DNA of 63,944 nt, filler included, from Platydemus manokwari (GCA_037951405.1; 4 parts of 4 records of this genome joined end to end with filler, not necessarily neighbours in it); one strand, 5' to 3'; positions 1-13,759 are shown, numbered from the whole stretch's first letter. Notes: generated by a model not told the origin, from the sequence alone. Made by a program: numbers and translations.

Positions 1-566
1 ATTTGTTGAGTGTATTGCAAAATTCTATATAGTTTATTTAATAAAAATCTTTAAAAACATTTTGAATTTTTTATTTAATCATTAAGAACAATTTGAGTTG
101 TTTTAAATCAAATAATAAATAGATTAGAGCTTCAGAATATTTAAAATTTGATTATATGAAAAAGGGATGAAAGTATGTCGAATTGCAATTTATTGCAAAT
201 CAACGAGGAATCCTATTTCAAAATTAGAAGCAAACCGAGAGATATTCTCAATTTTTACAATTATTTTATAAAAATAACCAATGATATTATTAAACATATC
301 AGTAATTAGCTAACTCGATTTATAAATATAAAATGCAAATTTGAAACTCAAATAATCATATAGAAATATTGTGCTTAGAATTGGAACCAGGTTTTAAAAC
401 TGTGTTTTGTCATTATTAGACATCCTTAAAAATAAGATATTAACTGAATTATACGAATAAATCAAACATTTCAATTATATATAAAATTAAGTTCTAAAAT
501 TATTCCATGCTCGAAAATTAATTATAACAAAAGTAGGTCAAAGGACCTCTTTTTTTAACTTAAACC
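1..566 (+). mobile_element. Non-autonomous Merlin/IS1595-derived repeat, short subfamily, copy A (left end cut by window)
   Basis: Colinear similarity to 19717-20270 (inverted) and 59417-59944. Shares the left part (ttgttgagtgtattgcaaaa..ctatatagtttattta) and right end (ggtcaaaggacc...ttaacttaaacc) with the longer copy at 7975-8941, which retains a transposase motif. Confidence 0.7.
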
Positions 567-759
567 GATTGTTTTGTTACTTTATTTTTTAGATTTGTAT
601 TAGTAAAAATATAAGTTGCTTCATCTATATTTTATTTTTATTTAAAAATCACACGCGTTTGTTTTTTTTTTAATATTAAAACAAAACTCATTTTGCATCT
701 AACTTCCTTCTCCCATTATTTTTGAGATTCTTTTTAGCCACTCAATTAGGTTGTTCCTA

Positions 760-3320
760 GAAATCAGGGAGTACTTTAAAAATTCAAAATTCAGTGAGTA
801 CCTTCATAACGATATCCGTTCTTCTTTATCCTATGTGATTTTTCTTCACTAAAACTTCTTCTCCAACTGTTAAAATTCTACAGCTTCTTTTTTGAGCATC
901 AAATTTCTATAAGTTTGTGGTTACTGATTTAAGGTGGTTTTCCGTTTCTTCGATGATCTGGTCGTGATGACTTGGTTCAATTAATTGTAACCCATACATA
1001 TTAATTCTTTGTCCAAACAATATTTCAAAAGGAAAATGTTGAGTTGAACTTTGATATGTTGCATTGATGATGAATTCTATTCGGGGTATGAATTTATCCC
1101 TAACCTGTTTATCTAATGCCATCATTGTTAGTACCATGTTTCGCACCGTCCTAATCATACTTTCGGTTGAACCATTTGGCTGATGCTGGTATGGAGAGGT
1201 AATGTCTTATTTAAATCCAAAACATATCGCTAATTCTTTCATTTTTTATTTTGTCGAAGACTCTATTCTGATCAGTGATCATTGATTTTTGGGCATCATA
1301 CCTAAAGATCGATTTATCAATGATGGACATGGAAATACCTGTTTCGTTCGGTCAAATAAGTTGCACCAAGATTATTAACTTATTTAAACTATCTACAAAA
1401 ACCAACAGATATTTGGTTTTAGTCATAAGTTCTCAAAAGTGAGCCACATCAACAACGATCTGTTCCAGAACATCAAACTCTCCCCTAGGAATCATAATCT
1501 CTTTAGCCCGTAGAGTGTGTACCTTACGTTTAGCACAAATATCACAATTCAGTACTTCATGTTCGATATTTATATATATATATGTCATATTTTGTCAGAA
1601 GTAAATTTTTTGAACATAAACGACCAATTTCTTATTTCAAATATGGTTAAACTCCTCATGGAAGTTTTCTCGTAAGTTTCTGCGAAAAAATTTCTGGTAC
1701 AACAATTAGCGGCGTCCCATTCTCATTATACACTACCATATATTAAAAAAATTCATATTTCTCTAAACTGTTCAAATATTTGCTTTTCTTGACTCCTGAA
1801 TTGACTTCTGCTTCTGTTTTCTCTAACCATTTTCAAATGGAACCAATGGCAGTATCTTCTTGTTGAATCTTTCTTAGTTCGTCATTATTTGCATTAATAA
1901 ACCGACTTTTTGGTTTACCTTCTCTAGGACCTTGGTGCTGAGTTAAGCACTGTGAACAAAATGCTTCGCATATTGAAGTTCAAAATTCAATCCGGATAAG
2001 TTTGCAAACCATATTGTTTTTTAAGGTTCCCAAAGCTTTCCTCACACTCTGTACTAGACTCCAATTTCTTATCACTTCCAGCAACATCGGATATAATAGA
2101 GCCGTAATTAATGCGTAATTTTTGATAAATCTTTTGTAATAATTGCATAATCACATGAACGACCTCAACTGAGTGATGCAACCAGGTTTTATTGCTTCCT
2201 AAATCTTTTACTTTGTCGTCATTAGTTTCTATACCTATTGCACTGACCTTATAACTATGAAAATTCAGTTTCCTAGTGCCAAAAGTGCATTTCTCCGGAT
2301 TGATTTTCAAACCTGATGATTTAATTAACCTCAATATTTTGGCCAGATTCTTATGATGTTCCTGTACTGTTCTTTCAAACACTAAAACATTGACCAGATA
2401 AACAAGAACGCTTTTGTGTATCACGTCATTGAATACATTATTCATTACATTGCTGGTGTGATACACAATCCAAAAAGTAATCTATTAAAACATAACTGCC
2501 CAGTTCTATTGCGCAATGCCAGTTTTAAATTAGAATCTTACTCTAGTTCGACCTGATAATATGGTTGGCCTAAATCTATCGTAGAGAAAACCGTCGCTCC
2601 ATATACTGAGTCCAATAATGTTTAGATATAAGTACTGGTTAAGAAAACTCATCAGCCTGATCGTTTAACTTTATGAAGTCCTATTAAATCCTGTTCGATC
2701 CATCTTTCTTAGCTACTATGATCAGAGGAGAGTTTCAAAGGATTTTGCAAGATGTTCTGACATTACTTTCGAGAAGATTTCCTATCAATTCTTGAATTTT
2801 GGTTTCTTAATTTATTGGCAGCATTATGATGTTTTGAGCAATAGGTTCACTTTTGTACGGATCTCGTGTTTCACCAAATCTGTAAGTCTCAAATCGAACC
2901 GAAAAGACATATAAAGAGAGCCATTTTCTTGAATACACTTATTAAATTAAACATCGTTCTTATTAACAATACTCTTCAGTACCATTTTGATTTTGTCTTA
3001 ATCGCTGTATTTCTTTCCCACATTCTTGACATCAATTGATTTTATCCATGCTAGAAATATTCCAAAAGTCTTCATCATATCAGCTCTTTTGATGAATTGT
3101 GGTGAAATTTCTTTTACTATAATGTTCCCCTTTACTGGACTTATTTTGTTCCAAACTATTGGAATTCTTATTTTCCGTAGACACGATTTGTATGTATTGG
3201 AGAATACACTAGCCGATCGACCATCCGTTTTAAAATTTCCGGCTCTCCTATGAGTCTTCAATTGCTATTTCAATTATTGATGCACCAGAATCCCTTATCA
3301 TTTGAAATATACTGATAAAT
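760..3320 (-). mobile_element. Decayed Ty3/gypsy LTR retrotransposon pol (PR-RT-IN)
   Basis: Minus-strand translation gives protease IRDSGASII (~3270-3300), RT segments (FSTIDL, VLVYLVNVLVF as decayed YxDD, GLKINPEKC in ORF 1987-2466), an integrase zinc motif (H..H..CDIC, ~1520-1660) and core MITDQ / TSPYQHQPNGSTESMIRT. Domain order is gypsy-type; many stops and frameshifts; RNase H appears largely deleted. Confidence 0.85.
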
Positions 3321-4200
3321 ACTGATATTATCAAATTTCAAAGAACCAATTAAGTAAAACTACTACTAAACAAAATTTTTAATTTGTTGCGCGTATCGCA
3401 ACCAAATAAAAATTGAATTGTATTCTACTGAAACACCTCCATATTTTTATTTAAGTACACTAAAACTCCCTAAAACTGGAACATTCTAAAACTGCGCGTC
3501 CTGAAATGAGAACAACTTGATAAAACTGGAACTTGTTTTTTGCTTATATTTTTAATATAATTTGAGGAGAACGGATAATTGTATTTCGTTTAATCAATAT
3601 TGATCACCATTTATTATTCATTATTGGGTTTTTTAATTTTAATTACAGATTTTCTGACAGTATTTTAGTAGTTAAATAAAAAAATGATTACATAATAGAT
3701 ATCGTCATCATCAATAAACACAACTATATCATTGCCATCTATTTCATTGAGAAATCATTAAAGCCATGCCTAGAATCTCTAGATGACCTGCACTTGTTTC
3801 AATTTTTTTTAACATACATTAAATTTTAGCTTCCGAGCAAATAAATGTTAGAAATGGAATATATTTTATAATTTGGCATTATAAACAATTCGAATGATAA
3901 GCTCCATAGGTTCTGATTGAAAAATACATTGAATAAAATGTAATATAAATATTTATGATTCTTCCATCTCCATGATACTGAAATGACATTTTTAACCTTG
4001 GGTTTGTTAGCACAGTGCCGACAATAACATCCGATGATATTCAGGTAGTGTTTTATGAATTCACATTGTCTAGTATCAGTTAAACTATTATTTGCAAATG
4101 CCTACAAAATAAAAGATATTTTTGATATTGATTGAGATTTCGCTCACTTCAACGCTAAATATAAATAAATTCCTCATTAAATTACAAATCTATTCTAGAT

Positions 4201-4323
4201 CAGAGGTGGCCAATTTTTGTGTACGTAAGATCGACTTTTCATTTGAATAACATCTCACGCGACCGACTAAAATTGGCTTCAAGATCAACCAGTCGATCGC
4301 GATCGATCGGTTGGCCACCCCTG
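4201..4323. mobile_element. hAT (Charlie-like) MITE, 123 bp
   Basis: TIRs CAGAGGTGGCCAA / TTGGCCACCCCTG flanked by a perfect 8-bp TSD TTCTAGAT (4193-4200 and 4324-4331). Confidence 0.9.
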
Positions 4324-6565
4324 TTCTAGATCACTAAAATATTTCCTTGACGTTCTTTTGAAAATAAATTCAAAAATTGTGTTAACATTTCGTCTTGTTT
4401 CACTGAGTTCATATTGTCAATAATATTTTCATTTATAAAATTAAAAGAAGACATTATTGAGATCAAAATATTTTTTTATGTTTGATTACATCACAAAAAA
4501 ATTTAGATTTGAAGTTTATCATAATGAAAAAAATATTTAAAGAATAAGAACAAAAATGTCTGAAATGTATAAATTAATTTATATCCTCGTTGATATGAAC
4601 CTAATAAAAATATCAAGGAAATAATCTTTATTACGATTATTTTAAGTTCATACGAAGAGTATTATGTCCCTTCTGCCAATTGATTGATTTTGAAAAATAT
4701 TTTCAGAACGCTTTCCCGAGAGATACAGGTCGATATAAATGAACAAAAAACGAAATACTTTGGATAATTCGAAATTTTTTAATTTATAAAAGTTATTTAA
4801 TTATTTCACGAATTCTGTTTATAATTCAAATCATTTATGCCACAGTGTTATTGATTGTGTACATGTGAAATATCCGAAATATAACCGAAATATAATCATC
4901 AATGTAATTCAAGAGTGACTTTCTCAGGAATATTGAAAAAATATTTTGTTATTTTAGTGTCTGCAATATTCATGAATTACTTTAGCGTTACATTTAATCA
5001 TTCACTATCTAGTTATGTGTAACTTTATTTCCCTTTGACTTATAGATACTAATTTGATTTATTATACAGCATAATACCTATGCATATCCATCAAAATAAC
5101 TGGAGTTATTCTCTTCATATTGAATTTTAGTCTTCTAATAGTTCATCCAGCATTGAAATGATAAATTTTCACAGCGGGCTTGTTGGTGTGTGAAACTTAT
5201 CTGCTCCAAGTAGTCTATTATGCTTCACCTTATTTGATAGACTAAAACAGCTTTGAGATTCACGAAATTAAATGATGGAAATCTAATGAATATATTACAT
5301 TTTTCTAAATCGACTGTAAAATCTTCAATTTCAAATACTTTCTATATATGTTTTTCATTTCAAGTTCTTACTCGATTTATGAATATTTCACTCATCCTCA
5401 TTTATTCTGCACTTTATGCAATGATTTTCAAATTCGAAAAGCATCAAAACTCGCTTATAAATTATCTATTTAAATTTAATGGAATTTTGTGAATCAAATA
5501 TAAAAGGCATATTGAAAATAGAGATTTCGAGTACTAATTTGATCTGTATGAATTTATTGTCTATGATGTGAGTCAAAAATTTTAGTATTCCTGAATGCTC
5601 GAATTTGTCAATGACTAAATATGGGGTGCTTTGTGAATTTCCAAACTGAGTGGATATCATTTAAAAATTATATTTTGTTTATTACAGTCTTCAAAAAAAT
5701 TCTCACTTTCACTTGTAATCGTCATTAAGGACCTTGATTGTGTATGCCCATACCAGTAGACATGTATTAGCTATATATAAAAGCTTTATTTGTTTCATTT
5801 TAAAATACCATATATGTTGCCAACTTTAAATCTGTCTCCATAACTATCTAAATTATCTTAATTTATTGGAAAAAACCTAACAACATCGATATTATTTTTG
5901 GAACATTCCAAAAACATTTCCCATAAATTTGATTGTAACTGAGATTATGTAACATTATGTTATTGAAATACCTCACAATTCAAGTAGAATAAATACAAAC
6001 ATCTTGTGGCATGTTAAACATCTTCATATATCAGAAATTAGTCAAAATTGTCTCTAACATATTTCTACCGATAAAATTTGATATTATCTGTAATTTGTAG
6101 TAAAACAAAAATGACTCTTCGATTTCAAATTCAAAAAATGTTGAATGTTCTTATAGTCATTTTGTAAAAATAATAAGAAATTGCTAAACAAACTAGGAAT
6201 CTATTGGCATTCTAAATAAATGTTTTTCAATTCACAGGTTTGATAAATAAATGATGAAAAATAAAGCTTCTATTATTAATTAAATAGAGACTCCAAAGAA
6301 TGAAGTTTTGTCGTTATTCTACATGATAAACAAATAATGTCATCATAACAATAATATCAAAACTTATAACATTATTAACAATTGTTTAAATTAAATGAAC
6401 GAAATTAAGAAAATCTAAAATTAAATATAAACTGTAACAAATATTTAACTATCGCTCAAAATAACAAGATAAAATATATTTTAATCAAAATAACACTAAA
6501 AAACCTATTTATAAATTAATCGATCTTTATATAAACCCAGTCCTATCGTAATTAAATATTAAAAT

Positions 6566-7571
6566 TTATGAACTAATACGCAGTGCTCCATCAAGTCGAA
6601 TGACCTCGCCATTTAACATTGGATTCTCAATGATGGCTTGTACTAAATGAGCAAATTCATCTGGCTGACCAAGGCGCTTTGGAAATGGAATAGATGCGAC
6701 TGTTGTATTAATAACATCTTCTGAAATATTTTGAATCAGCGGAGTGAAAAACGGCCCTAAAATTCGTTTATCTTAAATATTTTTATAAATAGACACATTG
6801 CTAACCGGGAGCAATTGCCATTACCCTTATGCCTAGTTCAGCCAAATCTCTAGCCAATGGTAATGTCATACCAGCAATAGCTGCTTTGCTAGCTGAATAG
6901 GCAACTGTATCCTTACTTCCATCATAAGAATAAACACTTGCCGAGTTTATTATAATCCCTCTTTGATTGTTTTCATTTGGCTCATTCTTTTGAAAAAGCA
7001 AACAACATAATCTTATCATATTAAACGTACCAGTTGTGTTGACCTAATATATATTATCACATGATATTAATATCACAATGATTTATACTTTTAAAACTCG
7101 TTCAAACTCATCTAATGAATGAGGTGTTTTATTTTTTATATTGAATGTAGCTTCATATAAAATAAAACCAGCACAATTAACCAAAATGTCAAGTTTATTA
7201 GCTGTATTTTCGATTGCTTCTACAATTTCCCTAACATCATCTTCATTCGAGACCTTCAAAGAATATTATAAGTATGGATTTATTTATTTACTTACATCAG
7301 CTTTAATAAAATAACAATTATTTGGTAATTCTTTTGGTTCATTTACATCAATAATGGCTACAATACATCCCAATTTCGATAATCTAAACGATCTAATTAA
7401 AATTAAAATATTTAAAATTTGAATAAGAAGACCTGCTAACAGTTGCAAAACCTAAACCGGATGAACCACCTGTCACTGCCGCGGATAATCCCTGCAAATG
7501 ATAACTTTCAGAACATTTAGTTGATTACATTTTCATACATTTAATGAAGATAAAATTTTGGATGAAAACAT
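6566..7571 (-). CDS. HSD17B10: 3-hydroxyacyl-CoA dehydrogenase type-2 / 17-beta-HSD10-like SDR, 6 exons, 257 aa
   Basis: Manual splicing with GT-AG introns: exons 7571-7539, 7491-7433, 7383-7296, 7253-7089, 7043-6806, 6756-6566 (774 nt, open frame). Protein has VTGGSSGLG (Rossmann), LVNCAG, catalytic [23 protein letters not shown] and [19 protein letters not shown], all typical of HSD17B10/scully. The exon 1 choice ([11 protein letters not shown]) is the least certain part. Confidence 0.93.
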
Positions 7572-7974
7572 AAGTATGAAGGCGTTCTATTGAATTAGGA
7601 ATTGAGCTAGTTATTTAATTATGAATGTTTGATTGTGATCTATTGTTATTAAATACATCTTAGTCAGATATTAACAAATTCAACACAAACAAATATTGAA
7701 CCCAATGATAAATCATTTATTACAGACAACAAAATAAGTGGTGTGCGTGCATTCGAAAAATGTTTAATTAACTTAACCCTCAATACTTAGTTATAATTTC
7801 CAAATTTAATCTCCAATCTTTATTTCATAATTTAAACAATTTAAAGAAGCACATTTGAAAATATGATATTTGATATTCTTTTAATACAAATATTCAGATT
7901 ATAAAAACTTAATAATATTTTTGAAAACCGCTTGTCAAGAAGGACAATGAAGTTTTTGCTAAAGTTATAAAATA

Positions 7975-8941
7975 GGGTCCTAATTTTAGGAGTGTATTGC
8001 AAAAATCTATATAGATTATTTAATTAAATTTTTTAATAACATTTTGTATTTTTTATTTAAGTACTCGAGTAAAATTTTAGTTATTTAGAATCAAATAATA
8101 CATGCACAGGATTTTTAAAATTTTCTTAAAATTAATTATTTGAAAAACAGGTCAAAGTAGGTCAAAAAGCAATTAAGATTAGAAGCAATAGGAATGATAT
8201 CTAAAATTTTCTAGAGCTATTTTTTAAAAAAGTGACTTCTAAATTATTGAGAAGTGCCAGGAACAAGGTACTTGTGTTTTCTCTCAAAATAAGTATATTA
8301 ATATTTATTTAATAGATTGGATACATAGATCCAAAATTTGTCGATGTTGTACTGAAATGAAAATTTGATTCAAACCAAATTAATCGTACAGGTGAAAATT
8401 CCACAAATATATAAGTTTTGGAATTCAAATAGAGACTTGGGTCAACAATTCAGCCTTGTTCCTTTTCGACATTCTGAATAAAGTATTTTTAGTGCACGGG
8501 GATCACACAAAGAAATTATATTTAAAAAATATTATATTTAAAAATCCATTAGACAACCAACAATCAACAAATATTGGAAATTTTTATTAAAATAAAACCA
8601 ACAATTTAAAAATTATTTACTGAGATACAACATAAGTTGTAGATTCCTCGACAATGAAGATATAAATATAAATATATATAAATATGCATATAAATATAAT
8701 TCCAGGATTTAATATCGTTATAGAAATTGACGAGAAATGTTTTAAAAGTGCTAAATAAGGTAGTGAACATCGCAGACATGGTTTTTGATCGTTCAAGTTG
8801 ATTTTTGGTTCTTAATCTAATATTGAATTTTATGTAAAAATTTCATAAAAGATTATTACAAATAAATTTTAATATCAAATGACTCATGTAAAGTCAATAT
8901 TTTTAAATTGGGTCAAAGGACCTTTCTTCTTAACTTAAGCC
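7975..8941 (+). mobile_element. Merlin/IS1595-family deletion derivative, long subfamily, copy B
   Basis: Same ends as the short subfamily (GGGTCCTAA... / ...TCTTAACTTAAGCC). Interior 8705-8763 translates GFNIVIEIDEKCFKSAK*G, matching the IVEIDES.F..RKY.RG motif of Merlin/IS1016 transposases; an upstream C-x2-C-like segment reads ICRCCTEM. Confidence 0.7.
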
Positions 8942-10449
8942 GAATTTTCATATAATATATTAATTAATTAACTATTAAAAGAAAGTTTAAAAATAATTAA
9001 ACATCAAGAACCATTTCATAAATCTTAGTGAACGGGAAAAATTTGTCAATTTTATGCAGAAAGGTTTTCTATTAAATCTATTATAACTATAATCACGGTT
9101 TCTCAATTTAATCAGATTACGAATCTCGTGAACTTGAATAAACCTAAAAATTTTATTAAATTTTATGATTGCGTAACGGAAGAAAATCGAAAGGTTATGA
9201 GTATTTATTATAAAAGTATGAAGGATAACATTTTTATTAGAATTCATTTATTGAAAAGTAGGTTTGATTAACCAATGAAAACAGTTAACAGTAATCAAGA
9301 CTTTTATTTTGTTTTAATTGTATAGAAGGAAAAGGTATTTAACATTTTCTGAATCAATCAATAATAAATATATGACGAGACCAATGAATCTCATCACACC
9401 ATATAAAATGGTAAATTAATTTTTACAAACACCCTCGAACTGCCCTGATATATAAGAAAAAACGAAAAAAATTTGATTATAAAGAAACTGTTTAATAATA
9501 CCAATTTTAGGTATAAATGGCTATTAATGATTTTGATCTCAATAAAAGTATGTAGGCATTAAAAAATTATGGTTTGAGGAATCTAAAGAAAACTAATATT
9601 CTCAATTTTCACTAAATCAAATTATCAGTGTATTTTTACACTTTTTTTAAAACCAATTTTTCAAAGTTGGCAAATCTATAGCAAGAAAAAGAAGAAGAAA
9701 TTTAGAATCTATGAAAAATAACCATGAAAATTTAAATAAAGGCATTGAAGTAGATGAAGACCAGTGATTGATGAAACACCCTTCAAATAAGAAAAAAATT
9801 ATTATTCCCCATGAAATACGCAAGAAAACAAAAATAATATAGATAAATTATCAATTGTAATTTGACTCAATTTTTTCAATAATTTCCTTTGCTAATGAGC
9901 ACTAAATACGCAAATATACGTAATGATGAATAATTTTTTGAAAGCCTGGCCAATAAAATTTGTTTTCAATAACTCCGGTTGTTTTCTTTATTTTGACAGG
10001 TACTATTCTTTAATTGATCATTCGAAAATAAACTTTAATATAACATTGAGTCACTATATTTCAATAACTTCTGGTCTTCTTATTGTATAATGGCTAAGTT
10101 TTAATTCCCAGAATTTCCTCATTGTTCAGAAAACTTTTCTAGTGTGAATTTTTTTTATAAATGTATGGCATTTGTCACCATTTTTATTAATTAATATTTA
10201 TTTTTATCTAAAAACCTGTCTTGTTCTATTTGACAGCTCTTTTCATAATCCATCTTTATTCTCCATCTTTTTTGTGGGTTTTTAACTTTTACGATGTATT
10301 GCTTACAAAGCGAAAATCGTGATAATGAATTTGCGTTGATCTTTTCCTTCCCTTCCCTATATTTTCTGTCCATTTCAAATATTTCAAAATCTGCTTTTCA
10401 TATACAAAGTGTAATGTATTGAGAGAATTCGAAATCAATAAACATTTCA

Positions 10450-11480
10450 AAATCCCGGATCAATTCAATATTTCCTATTATATAAGTAATGCGTAAATCT
10501 TTTAGAAAAGATAAGTGGGAAGTCACGTTTTTCTTTTTATAAAATATTTACACTAGTACTCTTGTTATGTAAACTATTACTCGTTCTTCACAGTTTTGTT
10601 TTTGTTATAAGAATGGCTTCTATATCATGAAAAGATGCATAATTACCCAAATCATATTTCCAGTCGTTTCACAGTATAGGTAGAACAAGTGGTAAAATAA
10701 ATCACTTTTTCAATTTTTGAAAAGATTCAGTTGCTTAATCGTTTCACTCAAATATTGACTAATATCAACAAAATCTTATACACACCGCCTATAATAACCA
10801 CTTAATCCAAAGGTTTTTGTATCTCTTTCACATATTGAGGTCGTTAACAATTTTAGCCTAAGCTAATCTTCATATGTACGTGTGTTGTCGTCCTAAAAAT
10901 TTGAAGTTCTTTTCAATCTTTCATTGAACTGGTTAATAACTGTTCTTCCAAATATCACAATATCAAACAAATAAATTACGCACTTGGTTCGATTTTAAGT
11001 CTTCAATAAAATATGCATAACTGTGTGAAAGTTGGAAATGCTTAAAATAATCTAAAGAGCATTTTATTAAACTTCAACTCTACGCTGTTTTTCTCTTCTT
11101 TCTTCAAATTTATGACAAACGCTAGCCAAATATATTTTTGAAAAAATTTGACACATTGAACAGGTTCAAATATTTCTTTTGAATTTGGTATAAGAAAAAT
11201 TGATCTGGATTGATTCCAGCATTCCATTGATTGGTTGTTTGTAATCGAGTTGTGACAGCTCCAATTATTGATCAATATTTGTTTTGATACTAAAACTGTT
11301 TCTGTAATTCGATAGAACCCTTGTATACTCCGGATTCATAATATTATCTAAGTTTTATTCAATAATTTTTAATATTTTTTCTAGTCAACTTTCTTTCTTT
11401 TTGTAAAATTGTTCAGCCCAACTAAATTCAAAATGTCTTTCTTGTTTATTTCATTTATCTCTTCTTCCCAGTCTAAATTT
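10450..11480 (-). mobile_element. Possible highly decayed non-LTR reverse transcriptase remnant
   Basis: Minus-strand fragments in the expected RT order: IQGFYR (cf. PGPDGIxGFW), FGRTVI (cf. GxTxLIPK) and TSHLSFLKDLRI (cf. ISHLLYMDDLKL). Very degenerate. Confidence 0.3.
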
Positions 11481-13759
11481 ATTCCAGTAAAAAACTTTTT
11501 ATTGCTTATTGAAATAATTCTTCTACACCAATTATATCTCTTAAAAAAACCTGTACTAAAGGTTCTATTATTCATCTATTTGCTCATCTAATTTTTCTTA
11601 GTTTTTTGACACACAAAAACGCTTATTATGTCAAGTACAGCTCCCTTGCAAAGAGTAAGAGACAATTATCTTATTATGCTTAATTATGGATTTAAAAAAA
11701 TTTAAAAAGTATTTCATAATTCCTTTAGAAATTGAAGCATTTATTCTACCTTTGAAGATCGAAAAAATATCAAAAACCTAAGATGGGCTCACAGATTATT
11801 TTTCATTTAATAAAAAATAATATATTTAAACATAAAATTACAAATTATTAGCTATTGACATTTTATAAATAGATTTATTATTCTATTATTTTTTTGATTA
11901 AATAATGCTTCGAAATAATTTTAAATTGACATAATATAAATAGAAATACCTTGTTTATTATTTTATCCTTTTCTACTTGAAATTGGATATCATCAAATTG
12001 ATAGGCTCTTTACTGTTTGGTAACAGGAAACACATTTGGTTGAACACCACAATAAAGATCTTTGAACGAAGAAAATACACAATTTTGTTTAGACATATAT
12101 CATTACGAGTATTCTGTATTTTTTGTCTGGCATATAACATTGTAGAGCATGTCTGCATTTTTGATTTTCTCCTATGTCTTTCACGGCGATGTATTAGTTG
12201 CTAATATTTTCGTTCAAACTCTGTGAATAAATTAAAATCCAAAAGATTTCAAGTCACTACAAAAACCCTATTTATCATGTTGTTGGGTTTACTGTTAAGT
12301 TATTATTAGGAATAAGATTCCTGAATCAAGTAATGGTAAACAAAAGATAGTTATTTACTATTATGAGAACCAAAAATTACTACAAAATTCAGATGTCCTC
12401 CACAAGTAAGTCTCATCTTTAAGAAATTCAAAAATCTAGCTAATTTTGTGAGTATTTTAAAAATATTTCGATGCTTTGATAACACGCATAGACCATGTCT
12501 TTTTGAGGACAGAAAGGTTTTTGGCATTGAATCATTCTATGCTTTCAGAAATTAATGGATTCGCAATACGAAGTTATGTAGAAGAAACAACGCAAAGTGA
12601 GTCAGAAATAATTTGTTTTATAAAAGAATAATTAGAGTTCAAAACTATATTTGATATTCATCAATCAATCCATTTAGTGCAACACTACCCTTTCATATTG
12701 ATGAATAAATATAAAAAGTTTCAGCTTGATTTTGTTAATGAAGTAATTGCTTCATGTACACTAGTATCTCGTACTCCTCTCCTTCAGTGAAAACCTTTAT
12801 TCTCTCTTCTTTTAAATGCATATACAAGTTTGAAGTCCAAGAAAAATCTGTCAATCCCATAAATCATAGTTTGGAATTTTACCAAGATCGATCACATGTT
12901 TTTTCAAAATTAGCATTTAGAATAGCGTTGTGTTCAATACAACCGTCGTGATTAGAACTACTTTTCGATCCCTGTTAGGGAAGTTATTTACTCTTATCCG
13001 GACCATTAGGCGAATAAACTGACGAATAGACATTTAAAGAAGAAACTCATTTTACTGCTTTGCCTCAGTAATGCTTAATAAACCATAAAACCAAAAGACT
13101 TCATCTATATGAGGCGAAACTCAAATGTAATTAGAAACGAAATGTATAATCCGAACAATGCTGAAATATAAATTGATGAAAAACCCTGCAAAAAGGATAA
13201 TAATGAAATAGCCATTTAAGATAAAAATCCACAACGGACAGTCATGTAATTTTTAAACCTAAATGCTAGATTTTTTAAAAATCAGCACATTTACAGAAAT
13301 TGGAACAATTGTTAAGATTATCGAGATTGGGAAGCATTGCAGCTATTATGGATTTAAGAAAACGTCATAAATTACCAAATAATTGTTATTTTTTCAAAGC
13401 TGATGTGAGTAGTTAAATAAATACATAATTTAAATATTCTATCAAAGTATCCAGTGAAAATGACGTCAAGAATTCTGTAGAAGTAATCCAAAATAAAGCT
13501 AGAAACTCAATATTTTAATTAATTGTGCTGAAATTAGTTATTTTTCTGCAGGTTTTGATAAAGAAAGTCAGAAACCTCATTCATTAGATGAGTCTGACCG
13601 AATTTTGAAAGTGTACATACTTGTGATTCTAATATTCTATGATAATATATATTATGTTAAGGTGACTGGTACGGTTATTATGATAAGATTGTTGGTAGCT
13701 TTTTCAAAAAAATGAGCCAAATGAAAACAATCAAACAAAGAAAAATACATTCTTCTGCA

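Noticed and set aside
6801-7019. 72-aa stand-alone ORF
   Set aside because: It is part of exon 5 of the spliced HSD17B10 gene; its stop codon lies in the intron.
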